Source: a virus (taxonomy: Duplodnaviria > Caudoviricetes). From it: a stretch of DNA of 51,755 nt. Location: positions 1 to 51,755 of IMG/VR virus record IMGVR_UViG_3300042434_000548; one strand, 5' to 3'. The notes beneath the pieces are model-generated. The model was not told the origin of the DNA and did not search any database. It worked only from the letters and a program-made list of their open reading frames with translations. Each line of letters starts with the position of its first letter. Within the stretch, counting starts at the first letter, position 1. A program made the translations under genes and the position numbers. Shown piece after piece: positions 35,576-43,083 of this stretch.

Positions 35576-36004
35576 TTATCTATCGTGTTCAGGAAAAAGC
35601 GGTGGCACTCCGACAGCGCGGATTCGAATGTGTGCGCTGGGGATTCCGTACTGCTTTTCGCAGACCAGTCGCGTGACTTGACCGTCATCTGCGAACGCGA
35701 TTCCCGTGAGCCCGTCCAATACAGCACGCGCCAGTTTGTCGATATCGGGTCTGACATACGGTGTCGCCCTCCGCGTGCTGCGTGGTTGCTCAAGTGAAAA
35801 CGTGATTTCCACTTGCACCGCTCCCGTTAGCGGCGCATCCATTACAGCAGCACATGCGCGGTAGATATCGTTACGCCACGCCGTTAGTTCCTCGTTTTTC
35901 TGATGAACTACGCGACCGTTAAACACGCTCATGGAACCCTGCGTGATGGGTTTTCCTGGCACGGTGAATTGCCACGACTCGCGTTCGCTACTCACGAGTA
36001 ACAA
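35576..36004 (-). CDS. rusA: RusA-like Holliday junction resolvase
   Basis: VPGKPITQGS, RPDIDKLARAVLDGL....DDGQV. Confidence 0.92.
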   Translation of the reverse strand: MLLVSSERESWQFTVPGKPITQGSMSVFNGRVVHQKNEELTAWRNDIYRACAAVMDAPLTGAVQVEITFSLEQPRSTRRATPYVRPDIDKLARAVLDGLTGIAFADDGQVTRLVCEKQYGIPSAHIRIRAVGVPPLFPEHDR

Positions 36005-36017
36005 TTATATGGGGTGA

Positions 36018-36057
36018 AATGGTAAAGCCCCCGACCATCGCGGGGGCCATTACCATT
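36018..36057. terminator. Long inverted repeat / terminator after island C
   Basis: AATGGTAA-A-GCCCCCG-N7-CGGGGGC-CA-TTACCATT. Confidence 0.65.
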
Positions 36058-36068
36058 CTGTGTTATTC

Positions 36069-36269
36069 CTAGCGTTGAGTCTTTCGCCACTTGCGATACG
36101 CCGTCATCTCGTCTGGCGTCAATGAGTCAAGAGCCGTCAGCCACCGCTCTTTGCAGCCCCGATATCCACGGTCGTCGGCGTCTATCGGCCTTGCATGCGT
36201 TAGCGCCACCCATGAATAACGCGCGGCGCGCTCTAGGCGGTCGATCTCTGCGAACTTGCTGTTCATCAT
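36069..36269 (-). CDS. Hypothetical protein, paralog of 28672-28884
   Basis: MMNSKF...LERAAR.S...LDSLTPDEM..Y; GGAGG RBS. Confidence 0.75.
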   Translation of the reverse strand: MMNSKFAEIDRLERAARYSWVALTHARPIDADDRGYRGCKERWLTALDSLTPDEMTAYRKWRKTQR

Positions 36270-36475
36270 TTGCCCTCCGTTCGTGTCGCGATCCATGCGG
36301 TCGCAGCCCTGAGCGTACGGAAGCCGCCGTCGCCCGTTCCTGTCGTGGTGCGCGGGAGCATCATGCGCAGCCCGTCGCGGTAAATGAAATAGCGGGTTAC
36401 GCCGCTCCGCTGCATCGCGCCGCTCTTCCAAGTGGTACGCACTTTGCTAACCTCTGTGGCGATCTGGTAGATCAT
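36266..36475 (-). CDS. Hypothetical protein
   Basis: Coupled ORF in island C. Confidence 0.7.
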   Translation of the reverse strand: MIYQIATEVSKVRTTWKSGAMQRSGVTRYFIYRDGLRMMLPRTTTGTGDGGFRTLRAATAWIATRTEGK

Positions 36476-36476
36476 T

Positions 36477-36827
36477 TCAGCAAGTCCCTTCGTAGCGCAG
36501 GATTCCGTCCAGAGCGATTACGGTTCCGTTGTGAACCTCAAAGTCATCCATGCCGATGTTCTCCACGATGTATCCGGCGGCGGTCATGCCGTCGATCATG
36601 CGCTGCATCTTCGCCGGAGCATTTTTGCCCCACACGGTGACGCGGTAGCGACCGTTGCGCTCCATCTTTGTGTAGTGCGCGTCGCGCGTTCCCATGCCCA
36701 TGCGGAGGCGAACGTGATGGTGAACCATTTCGGTCACGCCCTGTGCGGCTACGCGGTACTTGCCCTCAGGGGCGATCTCGCGGATCACGCGGTCGATCTC
36801 TGTCTTAGTGGCTCTCTTCGCTCTCAT
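36477..36827 (-). CDS. Hypothetical protein (leaderless, start MRAKR)
   Basis: ATG lies 6 nt after the -10 of promoter copy 5. Confidence 0.75.
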   Translation of the reverse strand: MRAKRATKTEIDRVIREIAPEGKYRVAAQGVTEMVHHHVRLRMGMGTRDAHYTKMERNGRYRVTVWGKNAPAKMQRMIDGMTAAGYIVENIGMDDFEVHNGTVIALDGILRYEGTC

Positions 36828-36833
36828 GGGTCC

Positions 36834-36862
36834 AGTTAAGCAGCCTGACCCTGCCCTGTCAA
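36834..36862 (-). promoter_or_regulatory. Promoter with operator, copy 5
   Basis: TTGACA-ggGCAGGGTCAGGCTGC-TTAACT-N6-ATG. Confidence 0.85.
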
Positions 36863-36918
36863 CTCCAAACCTAGGAAATCCCGAAAGTTTCCGAAAGGTC
36901 TGGAATGTCCGATTTCTG

Positions 36919-37008
36919 CTAGTGGGGGCGCGACCTGAGAACCCGACAGGTCTGGCACTCCCGCAGCCCATACACCCAACCGCCGCAACCCGTACAGCGG
37001 TGGACCAT
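36919..37008 (-). CDS. 29-aa zinc-ribbon peptide (not in track)
   Basis: MVHRCTGCGGWVYGLRECQTC; TGATG coupling. Confidence 0.55.
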   Translation of the reverse strand: MVHRCTGCGGWVYGLRECQTCRVLRSRPH

Positions 37009-37478
37009 CACGACCGCTCCAAGTGGCGCAGGCGCAGCGTCGCCCAATCGTGGTCGCTCCGCTGACCCAATGGCGCGATCAGGTCAAGCGTGTTCGCCAG
37101 ATCGCCACGGCACATGCGGCACGGGGAAGTGTAATCGTCAAAGTCGATCCACCCTTTAAAGCAGGGATCGCCGTGTGTGCACACGCAATTCTGCTTCCCG
37201 CAATGACGCTCAGGTTTCGACTCGCTCATGGCTAGCCGCGATTCGGCGGCGAACTGCGCGTGCTTCCGGTAACGATTAACAAGAACTGCCGGGGTCAGCA
37301 TCACATCTGTAGCGCCATAATGGTTGCGGATTGCATCCCGCGCGAACTCAACTGTCATGCCCGGTGCGGAATCGCGGAGAACATCCTGCCATGCCAGCAC
37401 TTTCAGTTCATTAGGTGAGTGCCTGCCGTCTAACTCGTTTGCATAGATCAGTAGCCCTAACACTTCCTCGTCTGTCAT
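37008..37478 (-). CDS. Replication accessory protein (helicase loader/inhibitor-like)
   Basis: LDGR...AWQDVL...A..AIRNHY.....TPA motif following the initiator; Cys-rich C-terminus. Confidence 0.6.
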   Translation of the reverse strand: MTDEEVLGLLIYANELDGRHSPNELKVLAWQDVLRDSAPGMTVEFARDAIRNHYGATDVMLTPAVLVNRYRKHAQFAAESRLAMSESKPERHCGKQNCVCTHGDPCFKGWIDFDDYTSPCRMCRGDLANTLDLIAPLGQRSDHDWATLRLRHLERS

Positions 37479-38311
37479 GCCCCTATCTCCCTCTGCCCGA
37501 ACTTCGCTGCGAGCGCGGCGTAGGCGTCCATCCTGCGTTCTCCCCCGGTCGCTTGTCTAGTGCTTTTCGCGGGTAGCGGATCGTCGTCCCATCGCCCCTG
37601 TCGCAGCCATGTTTGGGGATGGGCTGTGAACTGATCTTCCCTGTTGGGGTCGTGGGCATAACGCTCCGCAGCGGCGATTATTAAACCCGCGTCAGTCTCG
37701 CAGATCGCTTGCTTCCACGCGCCGTATGCAGCCTTTTTCCCGACTCGCCTAGGGTAGACCTGCCAGAACACTTCGAAAAGAGGGCTGTAGGCGACTCTGG
37801 CGTACGCGACGGGCAGGTCCGGGGCAATGAGGGCGGGGAGAATTTCCGGCTCTCTGAATGGCTCTGAGGGCGTCAGTTCAGGGAAAGGCTCAGGCGAATG
37901 ATGGATAGTAGTAGTTCTAGTGTTCTGTTCTAAGTGTTCTGTATTTATAGTGCGGTTTTCCGACTTCGCATAATCCGACTTCGGGTAATGTCCATTCATT
38001 TCCGTAATGTTAGGCGTTTGTGGGTCATCGTAGATGAATGAAGTCTTAGCGAACTGCCCCTTCGCATCCCGCTCAGTAACCGTTACTAGATACCCGGTTT
38101 CCCGCAACTCATCCAACCCACTCAACACCGCTCGCCTACCGTCCGAATCAGACGACTCCGCAAGCAAATCAGCCGTAATCCGATAGTTGTCAGGGAACGA
38201 AAGCATGTAGGCCAGCAGACCACGCGCCTTATAGGACAGTCGGCGGTCCCTAATGACCTCGTTCCTGATCTGGACGAAATGGGACTCTGGGCGCGGCGCG
38301 CGAACGATCAT
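37475..38311 (-). CDS. Replication initiator protein (HTH N-terminus)
   Basis: FVQIRNEVIRDRRLSYKARGLLAYMLS...LDELRETGYL; C-terminal FEVFWQVYPRRVGKKAA...HPQTWLRQGRWDD. Confidence 0.85.
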   Translation of the reverse strand: MIVRAPRPESHFVQIRNEVIRDRRLSYKARGLLAYMLSFPDNYRITADLLAESSDSDGRRAVLSGLDELRETGYLVTVTERDAKGQFAKTSFIYDDPQTPNITEMNGHYPKSDYAKSENRTINTEHLEQNTRTTTIHHSPEPFPELTPSEPFREPEILPALIAPDLPVAYARVAYSPLFEVFWQVYPRRVGKKAAYGAWKQAICETDAGLIIAAAERYAHDPNREDQFTAHPQTWLRQGRWDDDPLPAKSTRQATGGERRMDAYAALAAKFGQREIGA

Positions 38312-38315
38312 CTAA

Positions 38316-38738
38316 TTACTCCCCATGCAACTGACGGAAATGAAACAGGTCTGCCAAATCAGGTTCGTTCGCCGCAATCAGACGCGCGTAACGGCTAGTG
38401 AAATCGTTACTGAGCGCGAACGGTTCCCCTGTCCGGGTTTGGATACTGTACTGCCAGCGCAGAATCTCAAAGAGCATCTTAATACTGCACTTGTCGTTAC
38501 CTGCCTGTTTCCATTCCCGCGCGAGACTCACGAGAGCGTCGTAAACCTGCGGGTTATCGTGATGGAACTTGACGAAACGCACTTCGATTTCGTCTGGCAG
38601 CAGCGCCATTTGCCGCGAATCGTAACGCGGTCTAGCCGCTGACGGGTCAAGCGCACACACCTGACACGACTCACCCGAACACGCGTGGATTTTCTCTAGG
38701 CGTTCTATGTCGTCCCCGAATAATTCCCAGAGACTCAT
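38316..38738 (-). CDS. Hypothetical conserved phage protein
   Basis: FHHDNPQVY...SIKMLFEILRW...LSNDFTSRYAR...F.FR. Confidence 0.75.
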   Translation of the reverse strand: MSLWELFGDDIERLEKIHACSGESCQVCALDPSAARPRYDSRQMALLPDEIEVRFVKFHHDNPQVYDALVSLAREWKQAGNDKCSIKMLFEILRWQYSIQTRTGEPFALSNDFTSRYARLIAANEPDLADLFHFRQLHGE

Positions 38739-39397
38739 TACCGTTCCCCTCCGGGGCAGCCGATCTCCCCTGTCGCGTCATAGAACTTGCAGTAGTCCCG
38801 GCAGAAACGCACCGGACGTTCACCCTCAGGTGGCGTATCCAAGGTTTCCAGTTCGCGCAGCCACTCAATTCCCTGCAATGCGAGTTCAGGATCGTATGGT
38901 TCGCTGTGAATCTGTACATGGTTTTCGTTGCCGTCGCGCGGAATCCCCACAAGCGTTACCGTTTCCACGATTTTGTCGTTGCATGTGAGCAGATATGCGT
39001 ACAACTGCACTTGCATACGCTGCTGATCGCTAGGCCACGGGTGCGACTTGCTCGCGAGTTTACTTTTCGTGGTCGTTTTCCAGTCGATCACTTCATGTGC
39101 GGCGGTGTCGTACACATCCACATGACCCGTTAGCCCATCTGCGCTGACTTCCATTTCCGTGATGTAACGCTCACCGAAAGGGTCAAGCCGCGTGACCCGC
39201 TTTTCCAACTCTGTGTGTATCGCTGTGCCCATCCACGCAGCCATTTCCAGCGTGTCATGGTTCGTTGTACGCGTCCCGAACAGGCGATGCCACACCTGAG
39301 CGCGGCACCCGCCGATTTCGCTAGGGCCGACAGCCTTTTGCACAGACCGCGCACTCTGCTTGTTCGACATTAACGAGAGTACGAAATCCTTATCCAT
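38738..39397 (-). CDS. Cas4-like PD-(D/E)xK exonuclease
   Basis: GPSEIGGC, GTAIH, GHVD, IDWKT, QVQLY, FCRDYCKFY...C. Confidence 0.88.
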   Translation of the reverse strand: MDKDFVLSLMSNKQSARSVQKAVGPSEIGGCRAQVWHRLFGTRTTNHDTLEMAAWMGTAIHTELEKRVTRLDPFGERYITEMEVSADGLTGHVDVYDTAAHEVIDWKTTTKSKLASKSHPWPSDQQRMQVQLYAYLLTCNDKIVETVTLVGIPRDGNENHVQIHSEPYDPELALQGIEWLRELETLDTPPEGERPVRFCRDYCKFYDATGEIGCPGGER

Positions 39398-39524
39398 GCT
39401 TCGCCTCATCCCGCGCAGCGTCAGCATCATGCAACCACGATTCGATAACGTCGTCGTGGTCGATTGTTACGCCCTCATCTGCGAACTGCTGTAGCCGCTC
39501 CATGCGTTCGACGTAGCCCCTCAT
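39390..39524 (-). CDS. Small hypothetical (44 aa; not in track)
   Basis: MRGYVERMERLQQF...; coupled at both ends. Confidence 0.5.
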   Translation of the reverse strand: MRGYVERMERLQQFADEGVTIDHDDVIESWLHDADAARDEAKHG

Positions 39525-39610
39525 CGCTTGTCCTTCCTGTCGCCCGTCATGCCTAGCCAATAGCCAAGCGCAAACACAAGCCCGATTAGTAAAAGGTCAA
39601 TCACGTTCAT
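39521..39610 (-). CDS. 29-aa membrane peptide (not in track)
   Basis: MNVIDLLLIGLVFALGYWLGMTGDRKDKR. Confidence 0.55.
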   Translation of the reverse strand: MNVIDLLLIGLVFALGYWLGMTGDRKDKR

Positions 39611-39615
39611 GTGCG

Positions 39616-39987
39616 TTACCCCATATCCATCGCGGCACGAACCGCTGTGCCGACACTACGCGCAATGTCGATCTGTGTCCGCAGACGTTGCGCGTTAGCG
39701 CGCGCAGCCCGGACGATAGCCTCACTCGTGTTCAGGCGCGTGAGTTCGCTAGCGCACTCTACTGTCGATTCGTCGTCCACTTCCTGAACCGTGATCTTGC
39801 GTCCCGCTTCCAGAGCGCGAGCGCGAATCGTGAGCCTAGCCCTCGCGGAGTTAATTTCGTACAGCGACTTAGCCGACGCGTATTCCATTTCCGCATGGTC
39901 TAGTTGCTTGTGCGATTCGTCGTACTCTTGCGAGAGCGCGACAAGTTTCGCTTCCACATCTGCCGGGGTGTAAAGGCGACTCATCAC
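39616..39987 (-). CDS. Coiled-coil protein in the recombination module
   Basis: Heptad helices; coupled to Sak. Confidence 0.75.
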   Translation of the reverse strand: MMSRLYTPADVEAKLVALSQEYDESHKQLDHAEMEYASAKSLYEINSARARLTIRARALEAGRKITVQEVDDESTVECASELTRLNTSEAIVRAARANAQRLRTQIDIARSVGTAVRAAMDMG

Positions 39988-40679
39988 GCCTCCGCGTTCT
40001 CACGCAGTTGCGCCAGACGGTCAAGCAGGCGGCTGCGGGGAGTCTCATCCTTACCGTCCCACAGCATCGAATCCAATTCACCCATTTCGTTGAGCCGATC
40101 ATAGATCGCTTTAAGGTCCGACTCGTTATCCACGGCTACCGCATCACCCAACAGGGCGAACACGACAGCAGGTGGCGGCGTGAACTGTTCCACCGCGACC
40201 GCGTAACCCTCAGGCGGGTTCAGAGTATGCCCCACAACATCATTACGATTACCCCCGTCGTACAGGGACAGCCCGAACTGTGTGCCCAGGTTAATCGCGG
40301 CACGCTTGAGCGCGTCCGACTCTGCCGTCTTGACCGCCATATCGTGCGCTTCCCCACGCTGCGGGAGAGTCGCTGAACCCACAGCGGCTTCCGTATATGT
40401 CGTGTCTCCTAGGAAATCTTCATCTACATGTAGGCGTAGACGCATCACTACTTTGTAGCCGACATTCCAACGCCCCTTGTCGTCCTGATCTTCGAACGCG
40501 AGTTCAGCGGAGAGAACGTCAGCGGACCATCCACCGAAACCGAACACCCGGATAAGGTGCGCTTTAACGTCCCACGCTTCCAGATAGGACAGGCTCATGC
40601 CGCCCTGCTGACGGGACGAAACGCGATGCTTCGCGAGCGGCTTAAGCAGCGTCGCGTATTGCTGCGGAGTGAGTTTCAT
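39984..40679 (-). CDS. sak: Rad52/Rad22-family single-strand annealing protein (Sak)
   Basis: LSYLEAWDV...LIRVFGFGGWS, KTAESDALKRAA.NLG..FG.SLYD. Confidence 0.92.
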   Translation of the reverse strand: MKLTPQQYATLLKPLAKHRVSSRQQGGMSLSYLEAWDVKAHLIRVFGFGGWSADVLSAELAFEDQDDKGRWNVGYKVVMRLRLHVDEDFLGDTTYTEAAVGSATLPQRGEAHDMAVKTAESDALKRAAINLGTQFGLSLYDGGNRNDVVGHTLNPPEGYAVAVEQFTPPPAVVFALLGDAVAVDNESDLKAIYDRLNEMGELDSMLWDGKDETPRSRLLDRLAQLRENAEA

Positions 40680-40697
40680 CGTGCCCCTCTTCCTCGT

Positions 40698-40880
40698 TTA
40701 CGCCTTGACGCGGGGCGATGCCTCACGCCATGACTTAATTGTTTCGGGCTTCCACAATGGTGTGCGCCCGTACTGCACATCCGGGGCAGGCATCTTGCCG
40801 CGCGCCCGGTACGCGGTCACGGTAGACGGGGCTAGCCCCAATTCTCGCGCGACCTCTGTAGCCGTCCAATAACCTGACAC
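40698..40880 (-). CDS. HTH transcription regulator (AlpA/MerR-like); candidate operator-binding protein
   Basis: TEVARELGLAPSTVTAYRARGKMPAPD...GRTPLW; AGGAGG RBS. Confidence 0.85.
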   Translation of the reverse strand: MSGYWTATEVARELGLAPSTVTAYRARGKMPAPDVQYGRTPLWKPETIKSWREASPRVKA

Positions 40881-40888
40881 GGTTCCTC

Positions 40889-41296
40889 CTAACGGAACTT
40901 GTTTACCCAATCGGTGATCTCATGCGGGTGCATGAAACTTGCGGTGTGTGTGACATTCCAAAAGTTGTCATGCTTGTCGTACTCGCAGTATTCGGCATGG
41001 AACTTCCCGCCACGCACGAACACTTCCACAAGAGTCCGATCACTCGTGGCGACTTCGACACTATGAACGGTGGGCTTCGCAGCAGATGTTGACCAGTCCC
41101 ATTTGATGCCCTCTGCGTTCATGTGCGCGAGCGCGGGAGCGAACTCGCCCCATTGCCGGATGCTGTCCTCAACGCTAGTCATAAACCTATCGGGGAAGCA
41201 GGCGGGGCAGATGCACTCAGGCTCACAGAACCGTACGCCGTGACAGTCCGGGCAATCGACCCCAACAAGCGCAAGCGGGTTAATGGTGGCGGTCAT
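40889..41296 (-). CDS. Hypothetical Cys-rich protein (island D)
   Basis: CPDC...CICPAC; coupled. Confidence 0.7.
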   Translation of the reverse strand: MTATINPLALVGVDCPDCHGVRFCEPECICPACFPDRFMTSVEDSIRQWGEFAPALAHMNAEGIKWDWSTSAAKPTVHSVEVATSDRTLVEVFVRGGKFHAEYCEYDKHDNFWNVTHTASFMHPHEITDWVNKFR

Positions 41297-41634
41297 GCGT
41301 CCTCCCTGTCGTGGCGCGGTTCGAACTCGCTGTCTGGCGCGGGGGTGGCGTCGTCGCGAACGATGTTCGACTCACACAGGTTGCAGCCGAACCAGTACGC
41401 GGGATAGACGGCAAGGTCACTTTTCGCGATGCCGCACCACTTGCAGCAGCCGTCCTCATCCCACACGGGCGCTGCGCTGTCGGCGGCGATGAACTCCCGC
41501 GCTGCTTCCTCTGTGGGGAAGTCGCGGAGCGTGGACGGTCCCGCGCCCCACATATTCACCTGAACGGCGTAGATGGTGGGCGGCTGTCCTTCGCCCGTCC
41601 ACGGGTTCGGCTCTGTGACTACTGTGTAGGTCAT
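41293..41634 (-). CDS. Hypothetical protein
   Basis: FPTEEAAREF, CKWC...CNLC; ATGA coupling. Confidence 0.7.
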   Translation of the reverse strand: MTYTVVTEPNPWTGEGQPPTIYAVQVNMWGAGPSTLRDFPTEEAAREFIAADSAAPVWDEDGCCKWCGIAKSDLAVYPAYWFGCNLCESNIVRDDATPAPDSEFEPRHDREDA

Positions 41635-41834
41635 CGGGACCACGCTCCCTTCATGGCGGCGGTGCGCTCTGCGTCAAGCGCGAGGGCGGCGCGAGCGTCT
41701 GCCGTGTTGCCCTTGACCTTGACCCATCCGGCAGGCATCGCGCCTGCCTGCATCATCTTGCGGGATGCGACGTTGCTGTGCGGTCCCTGGTAGATCACCT
41801 GATAGGTGTCGCGGTGAATGACGGTGTAGATCAT
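41631..41834 (-). CDS. Hypothetical protein
   Basis: Coupled ORF. Confidence 0.7.
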   Translation of the reverse strand: MIYTVIHRDTYQVIYQGPHSNVASRKMMQAGAMPAGWVKVKGNTADARAALALDAERTAAMKGAWSR

Positions 41835-42004
41835 CGCGCAGCCGCCTCTGCCTGATCGCGGGTGTCGTACTCTCCGATGAAAAGCCCGTCAGCATCGAAC
41901 ACATGCCAGTTGCCGTCCATGCCGGGACGCTTGCAGGGCATAATCATCCAACCTGCGTGGGTAATGCCCACAAGCCCGGTCTGTGCCCAGTTGACTATTG
42001 CCAT
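41831..42004 (-). CDS. Hypothetical protein (start MAIVNW)
   Basis: GAGGGG RBS; first gene after promoter copy 6. Confidence 0.7.
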   Translation of the reverse strand: MAIVNWAQTGLVGITHAGWMIMPCKRPGMDGNWHVFDADGLFIGEYDTRDQAEAAAR

Positions 42005-42047
42005 TGTCTTTCCCCTCTGTCGTGCCCCGTGGGGCGCTGATACACCT

Positions 42048-42076
42048 AGTGAAGCAGGGTCGCGCTGCATAGTCAA
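42048..42076 (-). promoter_or_regulatory. Promoter with operator, copy 6
   Basis: TTGACT-atGCAGCGCGACCCTGC-TTCACT. Confidence 0.75.
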
Positions 42077-42107
42077 GGCTAAACTGCCTAATTCCGTAAT
42101 GTCTGTT

Positions 42108-42209
42108 TCAGGCGAGTCCGTCCACCCACCCCGCGACCCCCATACCCGCAAGGATCAGCACGAGGAACGCCACCGCTGCGACTGTCTCGCCGCGCCTAGT
42201 CAACTTCAT
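42108..42209 (-). CDS. 33-aa membrane peptide downstream of the ribozyme
   Basis: MKLTRRGETVAAVAFLVLILAGMGVAGWVDGLA; AAAGGGG RBS. Confidence 0.7.
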   Translation of the reverse strand: MKLTRRGETVAAVAFLVLILAGMGVAGWVDGLA

Positions 42210-42223
42210 TTCTGTTACCCCTT

Positions 42224-42283
42224 TCGCCTGTCTCGTCAGGCACGGGAGGCGATTCCCGTGCGACCCCATCACGGGGTTTCGAC
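42224..42283 (-). ncRNA. Type II hammerhead ribozyme with pseudoknot
   Basis: Minus strand GUC-GAAA-CCCC(GUGAU)GGGG-UC^-GCACGGGA(AUCGCC)UCCCGUGC-CUGACGA-GAC-A-GGCGA: complete catalytic core, three stems, loop I/3' tail pseudoknot. Confidence 0.88.
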
Positions 42284-42286
42284 TCG

Positions 42287-42637
42287 TTACACCATCCGTT
42301 CGCGGTTCGCGTACGGGTTGTCTAGCCGGAACTCTTCCGGCACCCGCTTGATGCACTCAGCGCCGACCGGGAACCATCCCATATCGCCGCCGTTGTGCGG
42401 GTAGGTCGCATAATCGTCGGGGTGGACGATCAAGCCACCGCCCCCGGAAACGTACACACCATCTGAGTTCCCATTACGGCTAGCGTTACGACCGCAGAAA
42501 ATGCACTCGCGTCCGTCTGTGCTGCCGCCTTTACGCCCGTTGTTAATGCGGTTCCAGTAGGTGTCACCCCACATGACGCCGCTGGCATCTACGATGCGCG
42601 CGCCATGCAGGATTTCGGCTGTGAGTTTCCGATTCAT
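42287..42637 (-). CDS. Zn-binding hypothetical, paralog of 15660-15995
   Basis: CIFCGR...GGGGLIVHPDD...MGWFPVGAEC...VP. Confidence 0.75.
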   Translation of the reverse strand: MNRKLTAEILHGARIVDASGVMWGDTYWNRINNGRKGGSTDGRECIFCGRNASRNGNSDGVYVSGGGGLIVHPDDYATYPHNGGDMGWFPVGAECIKRVPEEFRLDNPYANRERMV

Positions 42638-42927
42638 CGGGCGATCCTGACTCGCGAAACGGGGATGCCGTGGGCTGCTGCGTACTCGCGCTTCGCCGCG
42701 TTAATGGCTGCGCGGCGCTCACGCTGATCCAACTTCGCCATGAGATAGGCGATGACGTTAGCGAACGGCTGCGCGTCCTCGCGGTCCTGAGCGCCGTAGA
42801 GCGCAAGCCATTGGATAGCGGTCTGGAAGTCGCCGTCTGACGGCTTGTGCGCGTCCATTCCGTCTGCGAGGAACGCGTCTACGGTGTCGTCGTCGGCGCT
42901 GATCCGCTCTTCCCATTCGATCTGCAT
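42634..42927 (-). CDS. Hypothetical protein
   Basis: AAGGGGG RBS; first gene after promoter copy 7. Confidence 0.75.
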   Translation of the reverse strand: MQIEWEERISADDDTVDAFLADGMDAHKPSDGDFQTAIQWLALYGAQDREDAQPFANVIAYLMAKLDQRERRAAINAAKREYAAAHGIPVSRVRIAR

Positions 42928-42969
42928 TGCTGCCCCCTTACTTATGCCCCGTTGTGGGGCGTTAGAGCA

Positions 42970-42998
42970 AGTGAAGCAGGGTCAGGCTGCATTGTCAA
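42970..42998 (-). promoter_or_regulatory. Promoter with operator, copy 7
   Basis: TTGACA-atGCAGCCTGACCCTGC-TTCACT. Confidence 0.8.
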
Positions 42999-43054
42999 GC
43001 GGTAACGCAGGGCAATTTCAGGATCGGACATTCCGGGACACCCCATTTCGGGGC

Positions 43055-43083
43055 TTGACAGCGCAGCGTGAGGCTGCTTAGAT
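43055..43083 (+). promoter_or_regulatory. Promoter with operator, copy 8
   Basis: TTGACA-gcGCAGCGTGAGGCTGC-TTAGAT. Confidence 0.8.

Noticed and set aside
38738-39397. Cas4-like gene as part of a CRISPR system
   Set aside because: It is stand-alone, sits next to Sak in a recombination module, and has no array; this is common in phages.
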